NCBI GenBank assembly: GCA_951406725.2
Contig: OX597814.1
Coordinates: 26,908,001 to 26,972,000 of the forward strand
DNA length: 64,000 nucleotides
Source: Octopus vulgaris
Lineage: Eukaryota
Direction: 5' to 3'
Shown one piece after another: positions 1-13,580 of the stretch. Both the position numbers and the translations under genes were made by a program. How positions within the stretch are numbered: position 1 is the stretch's first letter; each line of letters opens with the position of its first letter. Below the pieces are notes generated by a model that searched no databases, was not told the DNA's origin, and was given only the letters and a program-made list of their open reading frames with translations.

Positions 1-1693
1 CATCCTCAGGGACAAGTGGATTAATTGGCCCAGTAAACAGGGTCTGTGTGTTTAATACAGATATTTATAAGGAAGCTGAATAGTTTGATAAGTTTAAAAA
101 AGAAGAGCAGTAAATAGAAAAAAAGCATTGAAAGAAAATGTAAGAAATAGAATTCAGCATAAGCAAAATTTGTTGTTATTATTTTATGTCCGTACTACTC
201 AAGGCATATTTCGTTTTAAAAGTGCATTAGAGTCTATTCTGAAATCAGACAATTTGTCTGATTTCTTATTTGCTTAGATGTTGTAGCAATCTCAACTGTG
301 CCAGTCGACAACAATCAGACAAATTTCAATATCAGGACATCAAAATATTCCGCTGAAACTCAGCCTGACCATTTCTTTATTCATTCTTCTTTTATCTGAT
401 TCTCTTTATCATTGTTGTCATCCTCATTTTCATCACGATCATCATCATGATTATCATCATGATCATCAATGTTTTCATCTGTGCTTTCCCCACACTGACA
501 TAACATATTGCTTGGCTGCTGCCTTCTTTCTCCTTTGTCTTCTTTCAGTACTTTTACTGGGTTTCTCATAGTCTACTGTCCCCCACTGGATATATGAATT
601 TCTAATGTCATATCTGAGATATTGATTATAATTTATCAGGTGTCTTGCTGTAGGTCAAAACTTATGAGTGCTTGAAGTACATTGCAGTGTGAATAATGTG
701 AATATTTGCAGTAATTACTTAAGAGCATACCATTCTAATGAACTCTTTTCATTATTTTACTGTGTCATGTCACATTTCCTAACATTTAGATAGTTTATAA
801 TACCATTCAGTAAAAATAGCTAATGCAGATTTTATTTGAGTAAGACACAGATACCAAGTTGAAGTCCATTTAATTTTATTCAAGAAGCAAGGAAAATATG
901 CCTTTGAATTAATACTCACTAAAAAAAAAAGACTTGTAATGAAGAATATGGTTACTATTGTTCAAAAATATGCAATGGAAGTTAATGACCCAGTTACAAT
1001 TGTTTACCAGAGCAAAATTGTTTAAGAGCAAAATTTATTAAGATAGAGACAAAAATACCATCATTTATTTATAAGAAATAAGTGGCAAGTATTAAAATAA
1101 ATTTAGAAACCAGTACATTTCATTCAGAAAAACTATCTTGCATTTAACAATTTGAATCTTTAATCATTCATACTTCATCTTGCTTGACCTTGGAAAACTT
1201 AACATAGAATTAACTTATTAAGACTTAGCAAATGAAAAAGAAAGGAAACGAATTGCTGTACCTAGATTTTTTTATATGATTCACGTGATAATATTTTTCT
1301 CTGACAGTAGGTGTTTATTTTGATTTGTCTTTAAGGCTTAATTGAAGATTTCTACTTCATATAGCGAATCAGTGGTAGATACAATGACAAGGTTTTCATT
1401 CACCTTCTATAGACCCATGGGAGGCTTTGCAATTCATTACTGCAAACTATAAAAAGTATTTATCTATGACAGAATGCAGCCACTGCTCACAGCAGCAAGC
1501 TATCACCCACATGGTACCCATTTGCAGATTGTTGGACAGCACTGTGGAGTTTTATGACTTTACCATAAACAGTGAACATCACTTTAGCAATAAAGAAAAC
1601 AGATGATAAAATATTTTTCATTCAATTTTTATATCCTTTTTCTCTTCCCCATTATGGTTCCCAGTAGTTATAATCAAAGTCTTATACAATAAA

Positions 1694-1822
1694 TATATAT
1701 GTGAGTGTGTGAATATGAAACTATATATAGATAGATATGTATATATATATATTTATATATATGTATATCTATATATATATATACACATATATATACAAAT
1801 ATACACACACACACACACACAC

Positions 1823-1871
<49 letters not shown>
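1694..1871. repeat. Compound (TA)n/(CA)n microsatellite
   Basis: Directly visible dinucleotide tracts; source of the YIYI/THTH ORFs. Confidence 0.95.
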
Positions 1872-1873
<2 letters not shown>

Positions 1874-2696
1874 AATACATGTGTGCATGCTTGTTTGCAT
1901 GAGTATGTAAATGTATGTGTATGTGTTTGTTTAGATATTATATTTAGTTTACTATGATAGAAAACTAAAAAGGTAAACATGATTACAATCTAAAGAAAAA
2001 TTTCCCTGTATAATAGTAATTACATCTCATCTTAGAGGAATGGAGTTTTGGTCATGATAATTCTCTTTTTCCAGCCATCCATCATGTTGCCAATATTAAC
2101 TTCAAACCTATAAAATTTTGCTTCCACTTTTATTGCCAAAACTAGAGATATAGATTATCCATTCCATAAGCAATGCAGTGAAACATACCTCATAAAGATA
2201 TTGATTGAAGATCTATACACCAAGCAATAAGAAAGAGTTCTTCACCTCTTTACAATCTCTCCTTTAAATCAGAGCAATACACCTTCAATATAATGAGTTT
2301 TTTTTTTCTCTCTTTACTTTCTTCTTTCTTGTCTCCTTTCTTTCTTGCATTTTTATCTTTTTGGTGGCCATTGAAGGAAGCCTTCTGTAGTAATGTAATA
2401 ACACTAACCAAGCAAATCAGATAGCTTCGTAACTTAAACAAGCACGACAAATAAACAACCTCTGATAAACTCCATGTAGGCGCAGAACTGAATAATCTCC
2501 CAGAGTCAGGATAAAGAGCCATGTTTAATCTGTGAACCATAATGCTCACACTGGAATAATTAGAAATAAATAGACTTGAACAGAATATGTCAAGCTTTGA
2601 GAAAATCAAATTTTTGCTTGACCGCTCATTGAAAGGTGAAAAAACACCAACTGCAAATTTTGTCAACTCCTCACCACCATCTCACATCTAGTATTT

Positions 2697-2743
2697 CTCT
2701 CTCTCTCTCTTTCTCTCTCTCTCCCTCTCTCTCTCTTTCTCTC

Positions 2744-2774
<31 letters not shown>

Positions 2775-2775
2775 C
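2697..2775. repeat. (CT)n microsatellite
   Basis: Near-pure CT dinucleotide run. Confidence 0.95.
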
Positions 2776-4894
2776 AAATTGTTCTGTTGTATTCTATGTT
2801 TGACTTGCCTTTCATTTCTGCTTATATAACCAATTTTTTTCTTCTTTCTTAGCTTTCTTCTTCCACTTTTGCATAACTCCTTTATTGATCAACTGCATAT
2901 TGACACTGTAAGACGCCATACAAATTGCATTTACTCTTCCTTCACTAACTCAAATAAAGGAACAAAAGTAATATAGATGTATATGCGTGTTATTCTGTTT
3001 AGTTACATTCTAATTAATAATGTTGTTTATAAAATGTGCATCAGCCATTGACTAGCAATACAAGGGTTTTCAGTTCAAATCCATGTAAAGAATATATATC
3101 TTAGCACACAAATTTATGGGGAGTGGGCAGATAACAAATATTTACTGATTTCTGTCTTTTTTTGCTACTATTCTGCCTGACTTCCTTTCCTGCTGCCAGT
3201 TTCCAAATTCCCTGGCATTTTCTTTCTTACTACTTCTACCACCCCCTTTTGATAATCCTTCTCAATCTTGTATTTCTCTTTACCAATATTCTCCCTTCCT
3301 CATTTTAGTTGGCAGTTTGTTTCATACCTCATTTATCAATAGAACACCCACGACAACAATAACAACTTCCTTGTTGTTTCATTATAATCATACAGTGGAG
3401 ATTAGTCTTAAAATGTTGACCATCATATTTTTTTTATTCTTCATCCATTTCCTCGAGGTAAAAGGAAAGTAAACTGATGGAGATGGAATATGATTGCTCC
3501 ATTCAGGAGGGTAGACTTTGCATGATAGGAATATGATGAGTACACAGCAAGTGACATCCTGATTCTGAAGGAGGGACAGGTGGGTCATCAAGGATCCATC
3601 ATTATAATTTTCAATCAGCAGTTTACAGGACTACAAGACATTTAGTTAGACTTCTCCAAGGAATTTGGTGAATGAAGCCTCAACAGCAGTAACTACCTCA
3701 CATCTTCAGTTCACTTTTTCCCCTTGATTCTAAACTTCACCCTAAGTTTTCTCAAATTTCTGACATTACCCAAATGATGGCAGGTAGAGGGAGGTGATAC
3801 AGCATGCAAAAGATAATAACACATGAAATTTACTACAAATAAAAAACAGTATTTTCCACATTAAGAAGGCCTTCAGTTATAACGCCTGCTTAAACAATCC
3901 CAATGACCCCCAGTGACAGTAATTTCAACTTACTGCTTTAGAGGATTTTCTTGTATACAAAATGATGCACTAGATTAATTTTCTCATTGCATTCAGCAAG
4001 AAGCCTTAGAATTCTGGTACTAATTCCCAGTTTCTGGTGAACTTAGACATGTAGAGAGTTAAGCCTCCTGAGTAAACACACAGCAGATTTTGACTGACAC
4101 TATATGAGTTGGTTACCCAACCCATATCCATGCAGCCAATTCATCGCTACAGCAGTTTAGCTAATTACTAGGATGAGATTAAAGTTATGTATTTTTTTTC
4201 CAAAGTTTGGCTGAAAACTGTAAGCTATTGAAATATTTGCTAATTATCCAGCCAGTTTAACATTGTGCCCATTGAGTTGTTTTTTTTTAAACAGTTTCTC
4301 TGTTTAATATTCTGAGAGCTCTGATAGAAACATTAAGTTTGATAGACAAAGGTTCTTGTTAAAAAGTAAACAAAAATAAAATCTCCTATAATGGAATACA
4401 AACTTATGACCCATTACACAATCAACCCCTTTCAACTGTGTGTATTCAACAAACTTAACAAAACAACACCCAGAGGGGTTGAGACAAGATCAAACAAAGA
4501 ACTTCACTGATTTGAAAAGCAACTTGATTTCAAATTTTGATTATGAAAATTAGGAATAGAAGAGAATAATATAAAGATTGTAGTGAATGGAAAATGGAAA
4601 ATTCAAAATTGTCAAGCTAGAACAATTGTAAATTATGAACGTGCATTTTTAAGCATATTAAAAACCTAGTGAAACAATTTTTATATTACTGATACCTGAA
4701 TGAAATTAAAACATCTTACCATAGTTATGAATTCAAAATGTCTGTAATATATTTTATTTGTTTTACTTAGGAATCAAGTCAAATTTAAATTGAAGTTTCT
4801 AAATAACTTTTTATAATCATTGTAATATTAGTTATCTATTGCAGCTTTAGACTGTAACTTTCTCAAGCTCTTTAAAAATACAACTAGAATTTAC

Positions 4895-7050
4895 TCCCTT
4901 TCACCAGACTTACAAATGCCTTGTTACAGTCTTGTACTTCTTTCCAAGCTCTTTTCATGACATACACATTGTCATTAATGATAAACAAATCAACTTATTA
5001 CACCAGTTTTTGCTTTTTTGTGAAGCTGCAAGTTGATTTTGTAATGATAATGGCACTGAAAGAAATCTTGCACTTGGAATGAAGAATTCTATGTTAGTGA
5101 GACAAGGTGGTTGCAATCATGCCATGGCATATTGTAAGTATGCTTCAACTGCTGGCTTTTGATCTTTTAGTAAAAATTTATAAATCTTCCAAAATGATTC
5201 ACTTACTGAGATGTAAGTCTTGATTTCTTGTTGGACATGAACGTAATTTCTTGGTTATTCTTGATTGTGAATATATTCTTCTGTATCTTGATGATATTTT
5301 TATACTGGTACTTTAAAGCTTAGACTCAAGACAACTTCACTGATGATGTGGTACCAATATCTCAGTAATAGGAAAGGGTTGAAAAGTATACTATTGATTT
5401 CAATGAATGATTGATGAAGACACCATGCTTGAAATCCTTTCTTATACTCATAGGAAAAAGATATTCAGTCACAATTGTTGTTTTTTCAGTAGTTTTGTGT
5501 AAGTCTTTACACATTATTCTGTCCCCTTCATACATGAACTCAACATACTAGCATATTAAGTTGACTATGTGGCTACAAATTTTGCCAGATGTGAGGATCT
5601 TATGCATCTTTGCATTAACTCTTTATCAAAGATTTCATGGTACATAGCATCTGCTATTTGGGGTTCACTACATTCAGTCATTATTAGTAGAATATGAGTA
5701 AGATTGAGGCCTCATTTCTGCTATCCAATAAAAGTAAAATTAGTGATAACTTTTCTTTGAATGTTCTTTTACATGAAGTCATGTACAATGATGTCATACT
5801 TGATCATTGAAGATTTACACAACAATCAGGACAATCTCAGTACTCTTCACCAGTGTTCTATCCTTTAATTCATCCCATTTAAGCAGAGTTGCTACTGTAA
5901 TGATTTTAAGTCAATTTCTTTTGTGGTGATCCAGTCATCGAATTCTGGAAACACTCTTTGTAGCAAAAAAGAGGAAACATAGATTGAAAGAAATTTTCAA
6001 CCTAAATTACTGCATATTCATCTCCATCTTCTTTAGCCAATGGATCATGCAACCATATTTTTCTACTCATAGCATGATTCCTTTGAGTCTGAGCAAGGTA
6101 GCTGCACTTTATTTTTACCTGAGCATCTACAGTATATTGTTACACGAGTTGACTGATTTTCATAACATTGTTAAAATCATATTATTGACAGTAAAGTCAA
6201 TAACTTTCAGCTGGTGAAAGTGTGCAGTTATCAATGTTTTCCAAACTAACATGAAATTCATTACCTTCTTATGGAAATAGTCATACAGAATGCAAAACTG
6301 ATGAGTTTTGAAGCTCTTTATGTATGTTTTAGTCATGTGTGCCTTTTGCAAATCCTGCAAGATGGTAACATTTAGATTTGAATGATGTAAACAATTCTGA
6401 AGTATATGATCTGTGTCATAGAAGTAGAGTTGAGCAAACTTTGAGGAACCATCACTTGGAAGTAGTGATCTGATCATGTGACAATTTTTTCCCAGAATCC
6501 TAGAGTTCTGATCTCTGCAAATATTGCTCAAAATACTCTTTACTGTTCAAGCAGGGGAAAGAGACTGGAACAAGCTTCATCTTTCCTTCACAATAGCTTC
6601 GAAATTTTAGTTCAGTTGCCATCAATAAGTTTTGTAGAGAGGTCAAAGGCAAAGAAGTCCCTGAATCACGTCAAGGTAGCACAGACAAACCATTCAGCTC
6701 CTTGAGATATAATCAACAGTATTCATTACCTTTCCTCCATTAGTCCTGTGTCTTTTTTTTTTCTGAATAGCAGTTCTTCTAATCCTTTGCTCTACTGACT
6801 TGGTGGAACTGTTTTTTTATGCAGGTTTGAGCTGCTTGTATTTGCCTTGATGTTAGGCTTAGTTCTGACTCAGTTGCAAATATACTTGACCTTGTAATGT
6901 TAGTTTTCTTTCCTTTTGAGTCTCAAGTTTCAACTGCAAGATGGTTTTACTGTATCTGAGAGAAAGCTGTCTTACTCTCCTGTTTCTTTGCTCTAAAGTT
7001 TCAGCTACAAGATGATTCTTCTGTGCTTGAGAGAATCTGACCATATTGTT
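4895..7050 (-). mobile_element. Degenerate Helitron (RepHel) remnant
   Basis: Minus-strand fragments occur in the expected order. First an 'ETLEQRNRRVRQ' N-terminal repeat-like segment (6859-7044), then 'RILGKNCHMIRSLLPSDGSSKFAQLYFYDTD' (6160-6531; Helitron 'G..yH.igsLlP....PkFaQLY.yD'). Next come '*QK*GLNLTHILL' (~5685-5723; decayed FQKRGLPHAHIL HUH motif) and 'YISVSESFWKIYKF' (~5174-5216). Last is 'GMIATTL...RILHSKCKI...KSTC...VDLFIIND' (~4975-5130; PIF1 helicase-like). Many stops and frameshifts; termini not seen. Confidence 0.85.
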
Positions 7051-8589
7051 CTGACTGGCAGAATCATATATTCATTTTTTCTTTATTTATTTAAGATCAT
7101 ATTTAAATCATCCTAAAGATCATACTTTTAGGCATATTATTGCTTGATTCAGTTACCTTTTCTCTCCCTTTGCTTGTGCTTTCACTGCCTATCATTCAGA
7201 CTTGCTTCCATACTTTAGGAAATATCCCATGTTTAGAAGCACAGATAAATTTTCCAGCAATAACTATACTAACTGCCAGAGATAGAATAAATACAGCATT
7301 TAAAATCTCAACTGTTGATCCAAAATAGTAACATGTATGGTTTATATAGTTTCTATTTTCAAATAAATTTCTGTTGTATTTTTCTATAAATACAAAATAA
7401 TGTTAAAATATCTATAGAACAAACATTACCACATGGATATAAAAACAGTCCATGAAGAATTTTAACTTTATTATTTTTTTGCTTTCCTAATATCCCACAT
7501 TAATAGTGTAACAAAAGACTATTAGAAAACAGTTTTATGAATATGATGAAATAAAGAATATGATAGAAGAGGCTTGAATTGGAAATATTAATTGATGCCA
7601 GAAATGCTGGAAGATTACTCCAGTACTGTTAAATTGGATAATCATACAGGATGTGAATTTATGAGATTGAATAACTGATGTTAGTACAGTTTGTTTGTTG
7701 TTTATATATGTGACTGCCTGAAGAAATCTTTGAGTTAATAGATCATTGTGATATTAAATACAACTGTAATGGAACCAATTTAAATGGCCTTGTTTGGACA
7801 TGCAGAACAAATTAACTTAATTCTGTTGCCAATAAAGTAAAAACAGTTTGAACAGAATATTAGAGTTAATATTTTATAAACATTTATTGAATAACATGCC
7901 AAAATATCTTCAATTGTTTGGATCTTAAGCTGTTTTTAAAGGAAATTAGTTCATTTATTTATCTTATGACATTTATTATATTGATTGGTTCTTCATATTT
8001 CAATCATCTAGAGATGACCTCAAATGTAATTATAGCTCCTCTTCAGCTAAATCACAAAAGAAGCATGGGTATAATAAAGGGTATACCTTTATTAGAACAC
8101 AAAATTTGTCACAGGTATCAATATTATTTTGATACTTTCATGGTTGGAGTGATATAGTATTTTTTTTATTTTGAACATACAATCAGTTTTAATTTAATAC
8201 ACTCATCACCAGCGAAACATTGGAGAAATAGACCAAGTCAAGAGGTTCACTAAACCTTGATAATTGGTGAGTTTTAGTGTTATGAGTAGTATATAAAAAA
8301 TCAAGATTCAGACAAAGGAGCTTTGATAAAATAGAAATGTTATGTAAAATTTGGTAGAATTGAAAAAGAAATGACTAGGTTAAAAGTGGAAAGACTGAAA
8401 ATACATGAGGAGATGATTATAGTAAATGAAATATGAAGAGGATGAGATGTGATTATAATGACAGAGGATCTATAGAAAGGTGATTTGTGTGAGAGATATG
8501 AGTTATGAATTTATTTTTGAAGTTTTATACAGGGATGGATGGATGGATGGATGGATAGGTTTTGGGTGGGTAGGTGGGTGGATGGGTGG

Positions 8590-8802
8590 AAAATTTGAGA
8601 ATGTTGGGTATTTCTTATCCCAGTATTCTTTAAGTTTCTCCATGTAGCCTGTTGAATGATCTTCCCTAGCCTTTCTGTGGAACTGGTATAGGTGTTGGTT
8701 CAGATCAAAAGTCCACTGGGATTTTTCCCGATAGTTTAACAATCTGCAATAGCTAAGTACAGGTTCTTTCATTGTCCTGTGTATGTATAGTAATTTTCCC
8801 AC
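8590..8802 (-). mobile_element. N-terminal fragment of an R4/Dong-like non-LTR retrotransposon ORF
   Basis: 'KSQWTFDLNQHLYQFHRKAREDHSTGYMEKLKEYWDKKYP' resembles the 'KWT...N..L..cY..A......GY..R....W....P' N-terminal block of R4-clade elements. Truncated at a GGAT/GGGT repeat. Confidence 0.55.
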
Positions 8803-9120
8803 TTGGTATGTATTTCACTGTTTGATTACTGCTACAATCTTTTCAAAAAGGTTGTTTCTTTGCATTTACTCAAAGATTACCATTTCTTTTACATGGTTTT
8901 TGCATTAAGGGAAACATTTATAGAGAATAGTATTCATTATCCAGGGGAACAAATAGTCCTCTATGCCGACATGTTTGTATTCAACACCATGATATATGTA
9001 TGTATGTTATTGTTCAGTTTTATTTCAAGATTTCTTGCCAATAGAGAATGTGTTGCTTTCTAATCTACATCCAAGGCTCCTTCATTGGAATTTCAACATC
9101 AACAACAGGGTATTTTTGCT

Positions 9121-9146
9121 TGTATGTATGTATGTATGTATGTATG

Positions 9147-9177
<31 letters not shown>

Positions 9178-9228
9178 GTGTATGTTTATGTATGTATGTA
9201 TGTATGTATGTATGTATGCATGCATGCA
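9121..9228. repeat. (TATG)n tetranucleotide microsatellite
   Basis: Directly visible. Confidence 0.95.
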
Positions 9229-9344
9229 TCGTTGTATACATGTTTGGTCTTTTGGACGCAAGAGGTTAGATGTAAGTATGGTTTTCGTTCATTTCTCTAC
9301 AGCATGTGGTGCTTTCTTATATGTAGAATAATTTTGTTTGGGTA

Positions 9345-10873
9345 TACAAAACAAACACAAGATATGCGTGACTGTGAAATATATTTTAATTTCATTATGT
9401 CAGAAATAAATTTTGATAAATCTGATAAAGGCAATTTCTTGGATGCACTTTGACCACTGTCTATAGGTTGTTGCCATATGTTCTGGTAGTGGGTGGATCC
9501 AGCACATCAAGATTGTAGGGCGTGACATGCCTAATACTGTGTATACCCTCCTTGTGTATTCAAAATGGCCATACACCATCGGTACATGGAGCTCCTGAGG
9601 CAATTCACAAAAGTTATTGGCACCTGTGCCCATACCCTGAGGAAAGCTGCATCCAGTTTCACATGAGTTGTCAGCCTTGGGACCACCTGGTTCAGCTGTC
9701 TCTGGATTTCATCCTACAGGTGTTCAATTGGGCTCAAATTTAGGCTAAGAGCCAGCCACAGCATGGTTCTGATGTTGTACTGACACAGGAAGTCCATGGT
9801 GATCCTGGCTGTGTGGGAGGGAGCCATGTCCTGCTAGAACACGAGGCTATGGTGACATGCAAAGAAAGACACAATGTGAGGTCTTAGGATCTGGTCAATG
9901 TAGTGCTGTGCTGTGATACCATTACCTCTGCCTGCACCAACATTTTGGAACATATGGGGCCCAGTTCTCTGATTCAAGCCTAGAGTACCCCAAACCATGA
10001 TGCTTTGCCCATCCCAACATCTCCATGACACAGGCTCCTTTGTAGCATTCACCCTTCCTGCACCACACCCTCACTTTGCTATCCAAGGTGAAAACGTAGC
10101 ATTGGCTCTCTTCAGAGAAGACTCTCAACCTGCATTGTTAATGCTGCTGATGTTGGTGCTGTGTAGCCCACTGTAGTCATGTCTGACAGTGGCAGGTGGT
10201 AAAATCAGGCCCTGAAGCAGGATGATGGCAACACAGGTTGTTGCCAGCCAGTCAATGTCATACCATGTCATCACTGATGGATCGCTGTCCAGTGTCAATA
10301 GTTTCATGAGCTGCCACAGTGGCCAGTCTGAAGCTATCATGGAGGTGTTGCAGGTGGATGTAACAGTCCTGCCTACATGTGGTCCCCTGGGGGTGCCCTC
10401 TGTGGACATGGTCTGCAGTGCTGTTGGTGTTGTTGTATTGCTGTTGCAGGTGATAGATGGTGCTGACATGGACATTTTAAGCTTTTGCAACAACCAGGGC
10501 ATACTGCCTTGCTTGCAATCAGTTGATAGCTTGTTCTCTCTACACTGCTGAAAATCCGGTCATATTTGATGCATCCAAATTATGAATGCCAGGAACACCG
10601 TTCAAGTTGATTTTTATACCCATAACCTCCATGAGATGAAAGTGCATTTCGGTTTCCATGACAATTGTTTGTGACTGCCATCTATGGCATTCAACGCAGC
10701 TGTTTTTTTGGCGTCTTGTTTCAGGGAAAGTTGAAAGGTTACCTGCAATTTGGGTCTAAGCCATAAACCCGCATGTCTTGGAATATTTACAATTACATCC
10801 CCGAAACAAATTTTCAGAATTTTCCAGTTAAAAATGACATTTAAAAAAATTGCATTTCTTTTGTGGTTCAGTG
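9345..10873 (-). mobile_element. Tc1-family DNA transposon, decayed
   Basis: The right end reads TA|CACTGAACCACAAAAGAAATGCAA on the minus strand (Tc1-type TIR with TA at 10874-10875). The left TIR is only weakly recognisable near 9345, so that boundary is approximate. Contains a transposase pseudogene. Confidence 0.8.
9531..10563 (-). pseudogene. Tc1-type DD34E transposase pseudogene
   Basis: ATG at 10563 gives 'MTGFSAV*REQAIN*LQA' (paired-like HTH start). Then 'RVFSEES...RVWCRKGE', 'SIMVWG', 'AQHYIDQILRPHIV', '*QDMAPSHTAR', 'LSLNLSPIEHL' and the C-terminus 'GGYTQY*' (stop 9531-9533). Frameshifted. Confidence 0.9.
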
Positions 10874-11949
10874 TATTTGTTTTAGTAGTTTTCAATGTTT
10901 ATAGTTCCTAGGGGTATATCTTGATTTAAACTCCATATGTATATTCATTTATTCTATAATTTAGATTTAGTTTGAGTTGTTCCTAGGTAACAAGCACATG
11001 GGCCATTTAATCAATAATGGATTATTTAGACTCTTTGTAGGTAGGACATGTTATTAGTTATTTGTTTTAGTTAAGTAGTTTTTGCCCTATCTTTATTGTT
11101 TTTATATTAATTCTTTTATATATAAATCATTTTTAATTTAATTCAATTCTAACTTCATTCTTATTTATTTATTTTATTTTGATACATTTTACTTTTATAT
11201 TATTTTTAAGTAGCAATTTATTCAGTTATTTTATGATACAGAACATGTTTCATAAATATTAATCTATGCTTGTCTTTCCTTGTACATTGTTTGAGGATTT
11301 TAGTTATCAGATAAACTGTTCCTCTAGTTATTATCATGTTTGTCTTATGATATAGATTGATAAACAATGCATATGCAATAAAAATTCTCTATGTTCATTG
11401 TACGGTATACATGTTTTAAGTTGTTGGTTTGCAGTTCCTAAGTCGGTGTTATTATATCAGGTATCAGAAGTTGAATAGCTTTGTTTTGTAAATTTTAGGA
11501 TCATGATGTCCTTTTCCAAAGTAAGTTCTTTGTTGTATAGATACTGTTTTGTAACTATCAGTTAATATTCATTGTTTATACTGATTGTGTTTCTTGTAGT
11601 AACAAGCAGGTGTTGATATAATGAACATACTATGCTTATGCTTCACTCCTGCTGATTACGACTGATTTCCAGGCAACATTTATGTTTTTAATGTTGTTGA
11701 CACTGTTGGATTGAATGGTATTGCCCAGATGTCAAAACCATAGTGATATCTGTTTGGCAGCTGATGATGGGAATGCATATTTGTTATTATAGTGAAGTAG
11801 AAAGTGTTTGTGGAGATAACTTATATTGATATTGACTGTTTTTATTCATAGATATTTTATTAAGTTTAGACAATGCTTAGATAAGATATTGGTGTCTAGT
11901 TTAGAAGGGGTTCTGTTGCACAGACACACATGTGCACACACATATTTGA

Positions 11950-12060
11950 AGTAGTGAGGACTAATCCCAGGATGCTGAGGCTCATGGATGAAATGACAAT
12001 AGACTGAGATGTCTGGCAATATGAGGTTCAAGAGAAGACCTGCCCATGTCAGCAAACCTG
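11950..12060 (+). mobile_element. RTE-type LINE ORF 3' end remnant
   Basis: Translates 'RTNPRMLRLMDEMTID*DVWQYEVQEKTCP', similar to the 'DLR.LGL.E.MT.DRD.W...V.EKT' RTE C-terminus. Confidence 0.45.
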
Positions 12061-12573
12061 AATTCTAGAAGTGTGTTCCACCCACACATAACAATAAAAT
12101 TTTCACACACCCTACCTCAACAAACCAAACTACATCCTCCTTTCCCAAACTGTTTCTCTTCTCTTTCTCACATTTCCTCTTCATACACTATGATTATCTC
12201 CCACTCTCCAATCCAGTCCTCACTACCTGTTGACTGTATCATTGCTTCCCCTGTCCCCTCCCTCTCTTTATACCCAAATTCTCACCAGTCACAGCATTCC
12301 CCACCCACTCTTCCTGTTCATGACTTTTTGGCAATACCCTGCCAGCACCTGCCACTATTCATCCCTCTTTTCCTTACTTTACCATCCCATCTATGCCCTG
12401 ATCCCCATTCCTTTAAGCTCAGCTAAACAATGCTCTATGTTGGGGACGCTGTATTTACTCATCTGACTAAATGAGGGAGGGGGCACGGTGGGGACTAATT
12501 GTGGGTGGCAAGCGTAGTGGTGGTGGTGGTGGTGGTGGTGGTGGTGGTGGTGGTGGTGATGATGATGATGTAA

Positions 12574-12772
12574 GCACAAGGGCCTGGAATTTGGGGGAGG
12601 GGAAAGTTCATTACATCAACCACAGTACTTGATTGGTACTTAATTTATCAGCCCCGGAAGGGTGAAAGGCAAAGTCAACCTTGGCGTAGTTTGAACTCAG
12701 AACACAGCGATGGAAAAAATATCGCTAAACATTCTATCCAGTGTGCTAATGATTCTGCCAGCTCTCCACCTT
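12574..12772 (-). mobile_element. tRNA-derived SINE with Nin-domain-like core
   Basis: Reverse complement reads AAGGTGGAGAGCTGGCAGAATCATTAGCAC...GAGTTCAAAC...GGTTGACTTTGCCTTTCACCCTTCCGGGGCTGATAAATTAAGTACC. Same family recurs at 45730-45945 and elsewhere. Confidence 0.8.
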
Positions 12773-12814
12773 CATAATGATAATAACAACAACAACAACA
12801 ATAATAATAATAAT

Positions 12815-13530
12815 GTTCTACCCTATCGGGAATACTTACAATAGAAAATATATAAGCACTACCAAATTGACATGCCTATTAACTGGTTTGAACACCATCA
12901 TGAGCTAGTGGTCCAAGATAAAAATGTCACTACCCTCTGAGATTTGTCTGTCAACAGTGACAGAACAATACAGGCTGATCAACAAGACATAATCATTAAA
13001 GACAGGAATGAAAATACTTGTAAACTAATAGATATTAATATCCCCACTCATAATAATATTAAAATGCGGGTGCATGCATGTTAATATTCCTAAGTTATTA
13101 CACCTGGAAAAGTATGATATATCTGTCATGGAATTTGACAACCTTAGTAAATACAAAAGCCTGGAAATAGAATTACACAAGATATGGTATCTTAAAGTGA
13201 AAACTGTCCCTATTATTGTAGGTGCCCTTGGTATGATAAAAAAGGGATGCTGGAAACATCTAGATGACATTATCAGGAGAACTATATTGCAAAGAAATCC
13301 AAATGGTTGTTTTAACAAGTACCACTGACATCCTTAGAAAATCCCTGTCAAATTAAATTAAATGTTTGTGTTGTGTTGCATCATATAAATGTATTTCTGT
13401 ACTACCCTTCCCACTTTCCCTCCTCAAGCTTTCAATTATATCTAAACCTTTAAATCTCCTAACCTTCACTTATCCTAGGGAAATTGGTATGAACCAGCAA
13501 GTAACGTTATCAAACACAGAGTAAGATCAA
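12815..13530 (+). mobile_element. 5'-truncated R4/Dong-clade non-LTR retrotransposon (RLE endonuclease and 3' UTR) within a (TAA)n tract
   Basis: Translates 'KHYQIDMPINWFEHHHELVVQDKNVTTL*DLSVNSDRTIQADQQDIIIKDRNENTCKLIDINIP...EFDNLSKYKSLEIELHKIWYLKVKTVPIIVGALG', the PD..D/KY.L/P...GALG restriction-like endonuclease of the R4 clade. (AAT)n lies on both sides. Confidence 0.85.

Positions 13531-13580
<50 letters not shown>

Noticed and set aside
241-265. 12-bp perfect inverted repeat gaaatcagacaa-t-ttgtctgatttc
   Set aside because: Short, isolated and AT-rich, with no supporting context.
381-569. Acidic 62-aa ORF (DDHDDNHDDD)
   Set aside because: The acidic run comes from a degenerate GAT trinucleotide tract; no domain or splice support in this frame.
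1674-1980. ORFs rich in YI/TH/CV/MYVC repeats here and at 8996-9453, 19043-19844, 21665-22043, 23739-24165, 26051-26540, 39169-40374, 49579-50309 and 63066-63405
   Set aside because: They are translations of stop-free microsatellites (TA, CA, TATG, CATG), not proteins.
2250-2666. 138-aa minus-strand ORF
   Set aside because: Non-ATG start, no recognisable motif, and a low-complexity purine-rich tail.
7590-8490. Faint RTE-like reverse transcriptase traces
   Set aside because: Too decayed to define motifs or boundaries with confidence.
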